From positions 7,448 to 71,447 of the forward strand of contig CADCAK010000004.1 of the NCBI GenBank assembly GCA_902799385.1: a DNA stretch of 64,000 nucleotides, in the 5' to 3' direction. Source of the DNA: an uncultured bacterium (GTDB taxonomy: Bacteria; Verrucomicrobiota; Kiritimatiellia; RFP12; UBA1067). This document shows, one piece after another, positions 15,001 to 21,853 of this stretch; positions within the stretch are counted from its first letter, which is position 1; every line of letters begins with the position of its first letter. The notes under the pieces were generated by a model that was not told the DNA's origin, ran no database searches, and was given only the letters and a program-made list of their open reading frames with translations. Both the position numbers and the translations under genes were made by a program.

Positions 15001-18000
15001 AACGACGCGAAGTCCGTTGTCGTCGAGGCGTACCAGGGTCGCGAATCCGTCGCGACCGCCCGCTGGACGGTGAATGCCGAATTCGACGGCGGCGTCGCCA
15101 AGGTTAACCTCGCCGAGGCCAACGAGGGCTCGCTCAGGCAGGGACCCGCCCGCTTCGTCGCCTACTTCGACGAGACGTCCAACGGCTTCACGCCCGACGA
15201 CGCGTTCGGCATGGCCACGGTCCAGGTCGGCTGGAGCGGAACGCCCGTCGACATCACGATAGGCGACGCCTCCGCGCTGCCCGTCATCGAGCTCGAGGGT
15301 GAGGGCGGCGTGCCGCTCTCGGCGGCGGCCATCGTCCGCACTGCCGTCAACGGCAAGCGCGTCACGCCTCGCGGTGTCTGGCGCAGGATCTACGCCAACA
15401 ATGTCTCGCGCGCGGTGCTCTACCCCGGCGACTTCGTCTCCGACGAGTTCATCGGCGTGGACTCCTCGCTCGCTGAGATTGTCGAACTTGACGGCATCGA
15501 GGACTTCGCCCTGGTCGAGAGCGTCACCTACGAGGTGCTCAAGGGCAGCCGCCCGTACAGCATAACCAACCTCAACTCCTACGTCGTCTCCAACCAGGTG
15601 GTCGAGACGGGCAACGATAACCAGACGTTCACGCTCAACTACTCACTCCTGCGCGACGTAGCGTACGGCCTCGCCTACGCCGACCAGATCGACGGCTCCG
15701 CCACGCTCTCCTTCGCGATGCCGACGAACGGCATCTACACGAAGTTCTGGATCAAGGTGGGTACCAACGACGACAGCATGGCCGAATACGGCGGCGAGCG
15801 CGGCTTCCTGCTGCCGAACGCGACTCATGGCCGCGTCACGCTCCGCTTCGAGGACCTTGCCGCGAAATTCGGCATTCCCGCCTTGACCGAGGGCGACTGG
15901 CAGTTCACCGTCGCGATCGGTAACGACAAGTTCGGCAGGCCCGACGAGTCAGAGTACGCGGACGCCGCCAGGTTCCACGTCAACCAGGCCGCCGCCTTCG
16001 ACGGCCTGATTGAAGTGGACGTGCGCCATCCGCTGTTCGTGCCCGGCGCCGCCAACCTCGTCGTCGCGGCCTACGAATCGCCCGACCTCGCCGAGCCTGC
16101 CGCCGTCGTGACGAACTCGACGACGATAGCGGGCCTGCGCAGGAACGCCGAATACTACGTGGCCGCCTGGTACGTCTCCGACAACGACGTCCGCCTCGGC
16201 ACGCCGGCCTCGATGGTGCGCAGGCCGTGGGACACCTGGGGCTACGCCACCGAGCTTGGCAATGTCGAGCGCTGCTTCGCGCCGAGGGCGTTCAAGGCCG
16301 ACGGCCGCACGGTGACCGTCTGGCTCCAGGACACCGACTGGAACGACAACGCCGCAGTCGACCGCGAGGAGACGTTCTTCGCCGAGGACGGCGACATGGG
16401 CGATGACCTCGCGGGGGTCTTCTTCACCGACTTCAACCTCGACGGCATCTACGACGGCTGGGAGATTGACGACGGCGACGACCCGACGTTCACCGACGGC
16501 GACGTGCCCGTCGAGGACGTGATGGCCTACGCCGAGGTCCCCGCCTGCCTCGTCACGGTCGTCAACGCCGCCGACCCGGAGGACCTGGGCACGGTCTACG
16601 CGATACTCGACATCCCGTCGGTCGCGCCCGTCGTGGGCGACAACGTCGCGGCGCAGACGCTCTACCAGCTCTACGCCACCTACGAGTACGGCGACAAGGT
16701 CGGCGTCGGCCGTAAGGCCTCGTTCGCGTCCGGCGACTGGCGCATCGTCGAGGTCGACGCCGCCGCGAAGGTCGTCCTGGTCCACGCGCAGGTCTACGAG
16801 AAGTTCGGGTTCGACGCCAAGACGTGCGTATTCGACGACGACGCCGTCAACACCAAGAAGATGACGAAGCTCGACAAGTACCTCGTCATTCGCTACCTCG
16901 AGGCAATCGGCGTCGTCGACCCGGAGATGGGCTCGGACGACACGCTCGAGGCGTGGGCCGTCACCAACAGGGCGTGGTACGCGTACACCCTCTCGGCCAG
17001 GAGCTGCGACCTCGACCTCGACGGCGTGAGGGACGGCTGGGAGCTCTACGTCATGTTCGGCCCGAACAGGCTCGGCAACGACGCGTTCTGGTTCGACTCC
17101 GCCAAGAGGGCGAGCCCGTGGGACTACGCCGACCGCACGAGCGACTTCGACGGCGACGGCCTGCCGCTCGTCTACGAGTACGATGACGGCAGCCTGCCGA
17201 CCGACCCGTGGGCGGCCGACACCGACGGCGACGGCGTCTTTGACCGCTATGCCTTCTACTACCACCTCAAGGGCGACAACGCCGGCAAGGACCCCGACGG
17301 CGACGGCCTCTCCAACTACGCCGAGTACCTCATAAGCGAGGTTTTCCAGCTCGCCAGGCTCGACCCCGACGACCCGATGACCGACGGCTCGACGTTCGAC
17401 TGCTACCGCAAGTTCGGGCAGCTCTACTTCGGCGAGGTGTTCACCGACCACGACCGCGTCGATGACGAATGGGAGGCGCAGTACGAGAAGGGCACCATCT
17501 ACGGAATCGACTACGCGGCGCGCGGCATATACGACCCCGACTCCGACCTCGACGGCGACGGCTGGAGCAACTACGACGAGTTCCGCGCAGGCACGAGCCC
17601 CGCGGTCCAGATGAGCACCGGCATCGACGACTACACGCTCATCGAGCACCCGGTGCCCGTCGTCGAGATGGAAGTCGCATACAACGGCACCGCCGACATA
17701 GAGGGGCGGACGCTTAGGATCACGGCGTGGAACGAGGCGATGGATCCCGACGCGCTGTCGGCACCCGCCGCGACATGGACCGTCAAGACGCTCAACGAGA
17801 GCCAGGCCGACGACGCCGGAAGCGGCGACGGCGAAGACGGCAAGAAGGAGAAGGAGAAGTACATTGGCCGCATGCCCAAGGGCAGGAGGACGTACTTCCT
17901 CAGCGGCGGCGCCGTCAAGGAAGGGTCGTTCAAGCTCTACCTCAAGGACAAGAACTGGGTCGAGGGCGAGCTCGTCGACATCGACGGCGAAAACCGCTTC

Positions 18001-20517
18001 CAGGCGACCAAGCTCGGCGACGCCGACGGCGCCCTCTGGTTCTACAACGTCATCGACCAGAACGGCAAGCTCGTGACGCGCGGCGGAATCTTCGCGGACG
18101 CGCACGAAGTCGGCACCATCGACTACGAGTCTGGGCGCGTGACGATCGACTTCGACGACGAGGAGTTCACCAACGAGCTGTTCGTCGGCGACTCGTCCGA
18201 GGCCGCAGGCGAGAACGGCGGCGGCGCCGCCTACCACGGGCTGCATCCCGCCGACAGTTACGTGATGTTCTCCTGGTCGCCCGTCGGCAGCGTGCCCGTC
18301 AAGGGCCGCCACTTCCTCAGCGACACCGCTGCCGGGTTCCTGCGCAAGGGCCTGACGACGTTCGTCGTCGAGGCCGTGGCCTCCGGCGACGGCGGCGACG
18401 GCGGGGACGGCGCCGGTAGCGGCGGCGGCGAAGGCGACTCCTCGATGTCCGTCGGCTCGTTCCTCAAGGGCAGGGGCGCTGGCGTCTCCACGACTCCGCA
18501 CCTGCAGGGCGTCGTCCGCCACGTCGACGTCGGCTGGTCTGGCGCGAAGTTCAGGGTCGAGCTGACCGACTTCAACCCTGTCTCGCCGCGCATCGACCTC
18601 ACGAGCGGCGAGTCGGGCGCCGACCGCGCCGAAGTCATCCCGTTCGACGACGACCGCATCAACGCCGAGTCCAACAAGGTCCAGGAAGTCACGGCGCGGG
18701 GCTCGCTCGTCCGCGTGCGCGTCGTCCGCGCGGCCATCAACGGCTACCCGGTCGCGGCGACATGGGGTGAGGCGCTTGCAGACGTCGTCTACGACAAGAC
18801 CATTTCCAGCGACGCCCTCGGCGCAAGGCTGTTCAGCGAGCTCGACTTCCTCGGCGAAGGCATGTTCGACGTCGACTGGACCGACTCGTTCACCAACAAG
18901 GTCGCGACCGCCGCAGGCGAGCCCTACGGAAGGACCGGCCCCGCCGGCAACATCAAGCAGGTCATCGGCTCGACGCGCGACGAGAGGGTGTACGAACCCA
19001 TCACCAACATGGCATACATGGTCGTGATCGGCGACGGCGACGCCACCTGGGAGCGCGACACTTCGACGGAAGTGGTCCAGGCGCACGGGGCGATGATAGT
19101 CCGCCGCTTCGACCGCAGCCGCGCCAAGCCGGTCGCCGTGGCGGTGGACGGCATACAGTACTCGTCGCGTCCCACCTTCACCTGGCGCATGGACGGCGAG
19201 GAGGAGATTGTCAGGCGCTACGGCTCCAGCTACACGGCCTTCAGGCTTCAGGTCAAGGACCAGTCCAGAAACGTCGTCTACGACTCTGGTCTGCAGCGCG
19301 CGCCCGCCGCCGACGTCGACGGCAACTTCTCCTGGACGGCGCCGGTCTGCGCCGACGGCATGCTGGCCGGCGGACTCGCCTACGAAGCCGTGGGCGCCTA
19401 CACGTGGCAGGTCTCGATGTACAACGCGATGTTCCGCACCGACTACTGGTCCGACCAGAACGGCGCATCGTCCTTCGCGACCGCCGTCAACGCGCAACAG
19501 GAGGTCAACGACCACGGCTACTCGTCCATCGCCGCCGCTGTCAAGTACGCGGGCCCGGAGATCGTCCTCTCCAGGAGCGCCAACGCGGCCACGACGAAGG
19601 GCAAGGTCGTCGTCCAGGCGTTTACCACGCCCGACTTCTCGGGCGAGCCGCTCGCGCAGGGCGTCGCGACCGACGGGGTCGACGCGCTCGCGGTCGCCAC
19701 GGCGAATGCATGGCTCAAGGGCCTGCCCGCCATCGGCACCTACTACGTGCGCGCGTTCATCGATATGGACGGTGACGGAACCCTCTCCGACTGGGAGCCC
19801 TGGGGCTACTCGTCCGAGGAAGTGAACCTCGTCAACGACGGTACGCTCGTCAGGGCGCCGCTCGTGTCGGTCTGGATCGACGACAGCGACTCCGACGGCG
19901 ACTGGGTGCCCGACGCCTACGAATACGCCGCCAGCGGCTGGGAAACCCCGTGGGAAGAGCTCATGGGCAACAAGAGGACTGCGGCGAGCAGGCCGACGAC
20001 GGTGATGCCCGACGGCGGAATCGTCATGCCGATTGCCACCAACCGCCTCACGAGCGCGGGCATCTCGATGGGCCTGCCGGGCGCGTCCTTCACGGCGATG
20101 CAGAGCGCTGAGTTCGCCGCAGCCCTCCTCGGCCTCGACCTCTCCGACAGGACCACGCTCGAGGCCATCGCCGCCGTGACCAAGGGCAGGCTCGTGCCGA
20201 GCAGCGTCAAGGTCGTCTCCATCGCCCTTGAGCCCGACGGCTCCGCGGTGAACCTCACCGTCGGCGCCGACGTCGCCAGCGGCATCGCAGGGACGGTCGT
20301 CTCGCAGCTCTACCAGTTCTCCGGCAGCGACACCGCCAAGGTCGTCGTCAAGGTCCTGAGGAAGAGCTCGCTCGCCGACGCGAAGTGGACCAAGGCGTGC
20401 TCGGTGAAGATGACGCTGACGCCGAGCACCTACGGCACCGTCGTCGTGCCGATCGACAAGTCCAAGGTCGATCTCGCCAACGGCTTCTTCAAGGTTGAAC
20501 TTGAGGAGGTTCAGTAG
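1..20517 (+). CDS. Giant acidic extracellular repeat protein, 5'-truncated by the window (>6800 aa). Many DxDGDG(L/I/M)PDGWE Ca-binding-like repeats, a LamG/concanavalin-like domain (~5160-5780) and four ~1000-aa super-repeats with Ig/FnIII-like segments
   Basis: Frame 1 is open from base 1 to TAG at 20515-20517, so the true start lies upstream. Dozens of D(T/A)DGDG motifs. LamG motifs FTVECWV, WTHIALTFDG..L.IYVNG and F.GYVDELRVWD.ART are present. Confidence 0.9.
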   Translation, partial: DIPTLGSFVVNGVELGQDTNDYVEVSIRNGRDTASVTARELDGTPYSRYRIHAEVTTPQRTENDLDFLPGTFDFSVFNIDPRLKRLKASVGMGYNSAIDEARTNTVQVSQNQEITIEWEVQDYIRMDETNKLEVTWSSSEPGTTVTTNTTSGTYVTRFSQPGQKTIILTIQDKDGGTKTYEWYFFVEASKRLFLYPHRPNNSALTTGIADTYLLADGLGVGAVEASGKGLSEIRNFRQRWDYSVQTPSATIYARGLKAGERDNRVIANDPRVGYPTQSGGLTKTASQAYRTTGVYTNFDSFVYAFINNVQDEQGGSFTASMMKIQPQLGDNYVEQSVTLPQYQDKAVSYPDRYIEIIYSREWLVEDNLGDINADGVPDYFARKKWKGGKLLELVGADDTATALTGGETFGTDLVNLASSNPDEDYLPGIYNGAANSYAPSEKNPFTTRTEIRGFDLGLNALEMSPPSDPSFSDDETFAWNQHVAENNQALTDAGKDDTDPNWLNADVLNLVTWSPEPSGKFNRMDPTLGDTDGDGFPDGWEYYFWYMARVWVPSYTWRRAHPDDLDSNGNRLYDPNKTYSGQPRNGQFNVFERFNLDDIIRGTEITVDEVLARFNPCEPYNPERFNGDRLLRNDFDGDGLSDLEELLIGTNPCHWDTDGDRLCDSWEVMMCLDPLVSANDTIFGKVGNSDGDFMAYHAVRFDVCWIDPATAPAEALNGAGEVKNCYAQGLRLYGGLQGLAAGEDYTTTVDDETGMTKYIMLQDKDAVPCYSFTPKYKGDANLVYGLREDIPANPPADWVWGWYMVDLVQQDSVDLKAGMVLFPDLQYVLVHDQVHDAFGFDPRTGWMNISGYVADRWNPARNGNVSLGDETGVAVNTRPYANYDEYLVMRYRLDYGIDYAPNTSATPPNGASDDAFAPNNEGIWDFVMRKTTNPSKPASSEGDENSTTNETTSISQRIAEVLREAGKPPVTAHGADTDGDGVPDGWELYMYRSPNGAPTAADEDGLGNGGARDFDGDALSWQDEYSGVDSCSVYGDCKSIADNNPGTRQGWFNKFFPTNPGTMKRVDNLRVNNFAGSGNADGADTDLDGVSDGLEGGAWGVVFANGSDQTGARLGFVYGTLEDDGLTVCFRGGGMNPCSIDTDLDGLPDGWEMQHAGVPVQMPDRTVVAPRGGNVGDISLDDATFIADRVFSGSSASNSCVYIAGGMDATWKGDASFDDAASNSLSMDDRLGTRRDVDFDHDGLQNYQEYLTQAVRHFRYDDITTPLMGRQMQEGTYDETGAVQDPHTQSFGDNAGDHDGTGTGYPVFDPSDPGTSAANAAEAWNGRSFVYYVTVTTGVREIVKVIDAATGATDTNRIYYTARKKMFLPGATLVQSHVDAGGTMLQYAWNEDGWRQAGYFAPPRCHWDRALVSGKLASPLYMFPITSGQMVGAGFSVAGYATTDPRIADTDGDGMDDFYEMYHGLDPILGTTPETAPRTSWIDSKSGDIISAQFYMVGYPLTDSRPTFNAWYNEWIYPTYSGVLGRSGSAPGDQVGHQIIAPQAYDPFLYPWAMGTPLADADGDGMRNDDERLLANVADPVARHTDPTPLWMTERTTPASYVAQYYVAPTAFASMPWGVTGSSTPMEGPARENQTDATRTVYFSGQDISYNFSFEENEGYDTDGDMTSDANEVITTVRPASDPLKFGDPARNQAFYLPGEDAYAISRDLQYRPTASVDFLKQFTVECWVLPEKTGAAQTIVDRAVVYEGDSINTGASAIRSNFRIGLDAQGKVYGMFDNNDTIESGLDAPRSCQYVNGGLLAVGEWTHIALTFDGSKLTIYVNGLVKDSATTDLVPANGIVQVAQNVASADSFPEGGYGLTPSALIVGARPKKLRKEDDYLPYALFPYYIRDGEHKESFDNLQEYFQGYVDELRVWDGARTGDQISEALGRSIGFDEASENRNAVFDSWSRGGTRNSNDGQPNLPAELVLNFDFGTLPGAVDPADVAKTPAGFTKNVLTAAMSDYSTNPDIDTTGLYPNILELKGSAGDGSVEGDLLVGWWSECQVKSEVYDDYHVVPWIKNTVSHLPLMDGGAVDSFIYADHVGAVYTPATDLGVDKLLFPNSAMPYPATVFNNDRYYRVAHAAILAEQRGAAYEPLLRMSQFQVRNNFAGTADLVPMGRAYAKTCPKLWDGRVSDPWEQTGDDTSGDGIPDWWEEYARNNYATTLPPGEPLSWDTLVDYHGAMIPAGKAYTIDINSGMQPDGTIDPAYAVTTDLDGDNIPDWWENLFGVAKYGADDDTDEDGLSNYAEYLVSFGPAPYGMARGFPYLDPSKPRTFVGQQVTDYFLPGPTEDIVSADGSVTNVFANQYLGEITTDHDLMENWWEKLFSNGYASPRQYDLDRDGDSDGWSNWAEARTYMWRGGYLSDLIDSYYFADGEGGTDNHMNDYPRPAIGLKLVYADGQQDASGAGFVVRTATARGSRVDATFNVRSSGTRETMIGSYYGDVSIRGFLHPGSIVPTGVNFQMAPLGGSRKYSWTVELSDDQKLEHSGTFEEYSADVRLYGQQIVVLDDTNLAFRNFARTTGGSTGAKGEIVLNVANLTAADNTVIGSIDYRTGAYEIDLAKATAAGVDLDDMVFKARYSYQFGEKWPKTVWISEPSDGWVREGINTVEAFIDLDGNGDYTAGEPYGVARNVNVGWHKTGLAVIELTETSPVIPRYNVTNGSSDRNVVNGVSGGVTAVGGGEGGGVSGLTAKIVVRRVGINSQRKFGVKTVPMRTLVSKQCVLGDRAYITEADVLSEDKFDLDWKWLLGDAAKLGVEQSDLTSAEYEIVNSISLAGGGVSNVTLATFINTFGRQRTKPVTRAPLADAPVYSAAPTFSWSSGDDTMTAFRLQMASVEGNVTNVVYDSGVRPIPARGSLSSGITARSFEAPIYAGAPVFTNGAPVIATGSNYLWRVTEYNAKFSTDSEDAWSAWTQFQFDVENENVVPGIPTGFGRCGAVVRYFGVNTNDMTGVVVVEAHSSADFAGKPLAQVRADVSQLRDANDIATVNAAFAGIEPGRVYLMAYIDRNNNGRRDANESWGYANYVGTNSKAIYSPCGVEVTDEFEKCPQIAIFIEDTDVNRNEIPDILEEDATNAGGSSGDIDGDGIADEDEDLYATDPVVWDTDGDYMPDGWEAIFAELDPLFFDAEETVDGDVMAFATNIATIVTVQNTAKGSEPVQYILKEGEKAPAVGDDAKGLPLYASYKYPVVTDGKVEMFLGRGAEAVLAAADGTTNRVVKVAFGKVALVHAQVYAEYGFDSKTAVADLDAVNTKPFTALDKYLVARYFENVYGLADEAVMNFNKTPGSQWQDFTLKPLDADNDKDGIADGWELYVMFGTEALPTSISGAKISPWNFDDARAVSHSGGIRNIDEYDGGISPTDPWVADTDEDGISDADAFRFHIKTAELQLADEDNDGLSNWAEYLAYRLTGKDFRVDDPDSVVTNRLDYFYQVTQDGVTKYVGECIDVDGKGLIADHDFMEDDVEDAAGYNRYVYDANLDANGNGWDNWSEVRASYNEATWVVTGEETNTYTRTFNSFTPEAAAQWQMWVDTYWSPRMAYHTAWLVSARYYDASGVGKDLPNVVYEPGDISESVSCEITWYELEESKAYGGKPLPNVSVRIGGVADDTTNVTIRAYTDKNLRRPDAVFSVSGRTVDGVFTAKFRGNGLKQGANAFVASADGRTGFVRGVAVGFDGVDFEIALRDNAIAFDVPEQSDASTRVRVVRTEINDTAVEPRVVYAKSLDLRAGKSFSEADLIAEGEWDFDWTRLVAEAEELAGVVADDLRSATYAVYLGWGDAEPIYTFKREFSASFLAPAASGECADNGYVVASARPALTWQPSAGYGAFALQIATDADFADVVYATTNFMPVVGRDGCTFRPAVYVGETLADATTYFWRVAQLNAKFTTNAWSETATFETRVDAGNADTGYGRLAADVRYFGPATAALSDVVVGAYASADFASEPVARIRLAGDGDVSSLTNDLSEAFEVVSTNAMLDGIAPGKYYLMAFVDSNTNGVRDAYETWGYACKVASEEYEDAKDRWTPVALEVTSAKTYVPCAIVVMEDTDVNQNWKPDCTEDMSGWIPAFDVRPDEPSDGIDTDGDGLTDAEEDDYGTDPRNPDTDDDGMPDGWEVRQGLDPLRNDASFASIDDVMAYRLDTVKIMVTTNADGAVTNRFAVNSRFEEGYEQLSNTVYTVFEVEGQLFVGAPTNLAAATVGYAYGFETNVVVMHSAVYDFYGYDPTTAKPGTASVDEEGNATTVQGANTIPFSAYLKYVTQEFYLREFDGGAATNDFALSVSKLDSNANYLPDGYELYVRYAAWKMDGVAFDLASAAQAAFDPYDGLYFWRKAMLDETLPALVEAYSNDFAVANGLANATAEEQAAFWSWAADGDVMAYRLDTVKIMASTNADGTVTNRFAVNSRFEEGYEQISNTVYTVFEVEGQLFVGAPTNLAAATVGYAYAFETNVVVMHSAVYDFYGYDPTTAKPGTAGVDEEGNATTVQGADTVPFTRLMKRIASRYLAEVDPSNAAEFDFTVDKLDSNANYLPDGYELYVRYAAWKMDGVAFDLASEDPATGGALAPFSNMEALTNGWLDAGWDWNRAMPGDYMAYAEVLAQVAVSNDTVYALKTFTNEFGRVVATNLYETFTLTNGTIVVGRPNTNAAVVVDEFYATLTNVVLIHSAVYDWFGFDPTTALPPTEQATVQTDENGQATEGTTLVNGANTVPFTAAWKEVTEKLYLKELFGIDWAMNACAVDSNANGLPDGWELYVAFATRTVDGNLNDPFAFPMAGAALATAVAEFDEGLYPADPWNSHFFYEHLADTNDVVRYTNVEARKYGIVDGDFVKDEDFDGLSNYMEFLASKLTPAVDVDFKNPVTDGETPDYFRVGGDSYLGLALNGGEFIESAAREAFGVTAYDMAGTRVMDDSGWDLWSEIRAYLADSGNSLYGQTVSEDGVTNATSALASLEFVKPVPAIELTLRYFGNDAKSVVVEAYQGRESVATARWTVNAEFDGGVAKVNLAEANEGSLRQGPARFVAYFDETSNGFTPDDAFGMATVQVGWSGTPVDITIGDASALPVIELEGEGGVPLSAAAIVRTAVNGKRVTPRGVWRRIYANNVSRAVLYPGDFVSDEFIGVDSSLAEIVELDGIEDFALVESVTYEVLKGSRPYSITNLNSYVVSNQVVETGNDNQTFTLNYSLLRDVAYGLAYADQIDGSATLSFAMPTNGIYTKFWIKVGTNDDSMAEYGGERGFLLPNATHGRVTLRFEDLAAKFGIPALTEGDWQFTVAIGNDKFGRPDESEYADAARFHVNQAAAFDGLIEVDVRHPLFVPGAANLVVAAYESPDLAEPAAVVTNSTTIAGLRRNAEYYVAAWYVSDNDVRLGTPASMVRRPWDTWGYATELGNVERCFAPRAFKADGRTVTVWLQDTDWNDNAAVDREETFFAEDGDMGDDLAGVFFTDFNLDGIYDGWEIDDGDDPTFTDGDVPVEDVMAYAEVPACLVTVVNAADPEDLGTVYAILDIPSVAPVVGDNVAAQTLYQLYATYEYGDKVGVGRKASFASGDWRIVEVDAAAKVVLVHAQVYEKFGFDAKTCVFDDDAVNTKKMTKLDKYLVIRYLEAIGVVDPEMGSDDTLEAWAVTNRAWYAYTLSARSCDLDLDGVRDGWELYVMFGPNRLGNDAFWFDSAKRASPWDYADRTSDFDGDGLPLVYEYDDGSLPTDPWAADTDGDGVFDRYAFYYHLKGDNAGKDPDGDGLSNYAEYLISEVFQLARLDPDDPMTDGSTFDCYRKFGQLYFGEVFTDHDRVDDEWEAQYEKGTIYGIDYAARGIYDPDSDLDGDGWSNYDEFRAGTSPAVQMSTGIDDYTLIEHPVPVVEMEVAYNGTADIEGRTLRITAWNEAMDPDALSAPAATWTVKTLNESQADDAGSGDGEDGKKEKEKYIGRMPKGRRTYFLSGGAVKEGSFKLYLKDKNWVEGELVDIDGENRFQATKLGDADGALWFYNVIDQNGKLVTRGGIFADAHEVGTIDYESGRVTIDFDDEEFTNELFVGDSSEAAGENGGGAAYHGLHPADSYVMFSWSPVGSVPVKGRHFLSDTAAGFLRKGLTTFVVEAVASGDGGDGGDGAGSGGGEGDSSMSVGSFLKGRGAGVSTTPHLQGVVRHVDVGWSGAKFRVELTDFNPVSPRIDLTSGESGADRAEVIPFDDDRINAESNKVQEVTARGSLVRVRVVRAAINGYPVAATWGEALADVVYDKTISSDALGARLFSELDFLGEGMFDVDWTDSFTNKVATAAGEPYGRTGPAGNIKQVIGSTRDERVYEPITNMAYMVVIGDGDATWERDTSTEVVQAHGAMIVRRFDRSRAKPVAVAVDGIQYSSRPTFTWRMDGEEEIVRRYGSSYTAFRLQVKDQSRNVVYDSGLQRAPAADVDGNFSWTAPVCADGMLAGGLAYEAVGAYTWQVSMYNAMFRTDYWSDQNGASSFATAVNAQQEVNDHGYSSIAAAVKYAGPEIVLSRSANAATTKGKVVVQAFTTPDFSGEPLAQGVATDGVDALAVATANAWLKGLPAIGTYYVRAFIDMDGDGTLSDWEPWGYSSEEVNLVNDGTLVRAPLVSVWIDDSDSDGDWVPDAYEYAASGWETPWEELMGNKRTAASRPTTVMPDGGIVMPIATNRLTSAGISMGLPGASFTAMQSAEFAAALLGLDLSDRTTLEAIAAVTKGRLVPSSVKVVSIALEPDGSAVNLTVGADVASGIAGTVVSQLYQFSGSDTAKVVVKVLRKSSLADAKWTKACSVKMTLTPSTYGTVVVPIDKSKVDLANGFFKVELEEVQ
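12508..13765 (+). repeat. Recent intragenic tandem duplication (period ~714-720 nt) in the giant gene
   Basis: 12508-12861 is nearly identical to 13228-13581. 12952-13051 is identical to 13666-13765 (100 nt). Confidence 0.9.
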
Positions 20518-20536
20518 CGCGCATTTCATCGTAGCG

Positions 20537-20554
20537 GCGGGCCTCCGGGCCCGC
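20537..20554 (+). terminator. GC-rich hairpin after the giant gene (possible pause, terminator or RNA stability element)
   Basis: GCGGGCC-TCCG-GGCCCGC stem-loop with no U-tract. Confidence 0.3.
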
Positions 20555-20569
20555 ATCAAGGGAAAGCAA

Positions 20570-21703
20570 ATGAAAAAGGCAATCAGAAAAGTACTGGTGA
20601 TTAACTCGGGGAGCTCGTCGCTCAAGTACCAGCTCTTCGACATGAAGACCGAGACGCGCCTCGCGAAGGGGCTCGTCGAGCGCATCGGCTGCGGCGGCCC
20701 GAAGGACCACGCCGCCGCCCTCGCAAAGGTAGTCGCCGACCTCGGCGACGCCGCGAAGGGCATCGACGCGATAGGCCACCGCATCCTGCACGGCGGCGAG
20801 GTCTTCAAGGACTCCGCCCCCATGAACAAGGCGAACATGGCGAAGGCGAAGAAGCTCGTCAAGTTCGGGCCACTCCACATGCCGGCCAATCTCGGCGGCG
20901 TTGAGGCGTGCGAGAAGATATTCAAGGGAGTTCCGAACGTCGGCGTCTTCGACACGGCGTTCCACATCGCGACGATGCCCGACTGCGCGGGAATGTACGC
21001 AATCGACCCGAAGTACTACAAGAAGATGGGAATCCGCAAGTACGGCTTCCACGGCACCTCGCACAAGTTCATCACGCAGGCCGCGGCGAAGTTCCTTAAA
21101 GTCCCGCTTGCGAAGGTGAATCTCGTCACTTGCCATCTCGGCAACGGCTCGTCTCTCGCCGCGATCAAGAACGGCGGAGTCGTCGACACGTCGATGGGTC
21201 TCACGCCTCTCGCCGGCATGGTGATGGGGACGCGCTGCGGCGACATCGACGCCGCTGCGGTTCTCTCCATCATGGAGGCCGAGAAGCTGACGCCCGCCCA
21301 AGCCGACACGCTACTCAACAAGAAGTCGGGGCTTCTCGCGCTTACCGGCTCGAGCGACTGCCGCGACATCTGCACGATGGCCGACAAGGGCAACAAGCAG
21401 GCCGAGCTCGCGCTTGAGATGCTCGCCTACCGCGTCGCGCTCTACATCGGCGCGTACAACACCGTCGTCGGCGGGGCTGACGCCATCATCATGACGGGCG
21501 GCATCGGCGAGAACTCGAAGGAGGTGCGCGAGAGGATCATCCGCCGCCTCGGAGCGCTCGGCGTCAAGCTCGACCCGAAGGCCAACCAGGTCCGCGGCGA
21601 AGTCAAGATCATCAGCGCGAAGGGCTCGAAGATCCCTGTCGTCGTCATCCCCACCAACGAGGAGCTCATGATCGCCCGCGATACTGTGAAAGTCCTGAGC
21701 TAA
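20570..21703 (+). CDS. ackA: Acetate kinase
   Basis: Motifs VLVINSGSSSLKYQ, GHRILHGGE, PLHMP, FDTAFH, YGFHGTSH, CHLGNG, MGTRCGD, TGGIGENS and IPTNEE. Start taken at ATG 20570 after a purine-rich tract. Confidence 0.96.
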   Translation: MKKAIRKVLVINSGSSSLKYQLFDMKTETRLAKGLVERIGCGGPKDHAAALAKVVADLGDAAKGIDAIGHRILHGGEVFKDSAPMNKANMAKAKKLVKFGPLHMPANLGGVEACEKIFKGVPNVGVFDTAFHIATMPDCAGMYAIDPKYYKKMGIRKYGFHGTSHKFITQAAAKFLKVPLAKVNLVTCHLGNGSSLAAIKNGGVVDTSMGLTPLAGMVMGTRCGDIDAAAVLSIMEAEKLTPAQADTLLNKKSGLLALTGSSDCRDICTMADKGNKQAELALEMLAYRVALYIGAYNTVVGGADAIIMTGGIGENSKEVRERIIRRLGALGVKLDPKANQVRGEVKIISAKGSKIPVVVIPTNEELMIARDTVKVLS

Positions 21704-21722
21704 CCAATCGCTATGAATGATA

Positions 21723-21826
21723 TTAGCCACAAAGGATCACAAAGTTCACATAGAGGTGCGCCATGCGGCGCACGGGGTCTGGGGTATAACCCCAGCTCCA
21801 ACACCCTTTGTGTTCTTTGTGGCTAA
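21723..21826. repeat. MITE/REP-like element, copy A (104 nt), with terminal inverted repeats TTAGCCACAAAG/CTTTGTGGCTAA
   Basis: Self-inverted ends, an internal CTGGGG-TATAA-CCCCAG hairpin and a GTGCGCC..GGCGCAC hairpin. Near-identical to the reverse complement of 22901-23013. Confidence 0.85.
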
Positions 21827-21853
21827 AACCGTAACTAAAGCCAAATCTAATTT

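Noticed and set aside
7663-20967. Very long antisense ORFs (1934 aa at 7663-13467 and 1672 aa at 15949-20967)
   Set aside because: Shadow ORFs of a high-GC3 gene. They are V/R/A-rich, have no motifs and mirror the sense codon frame.
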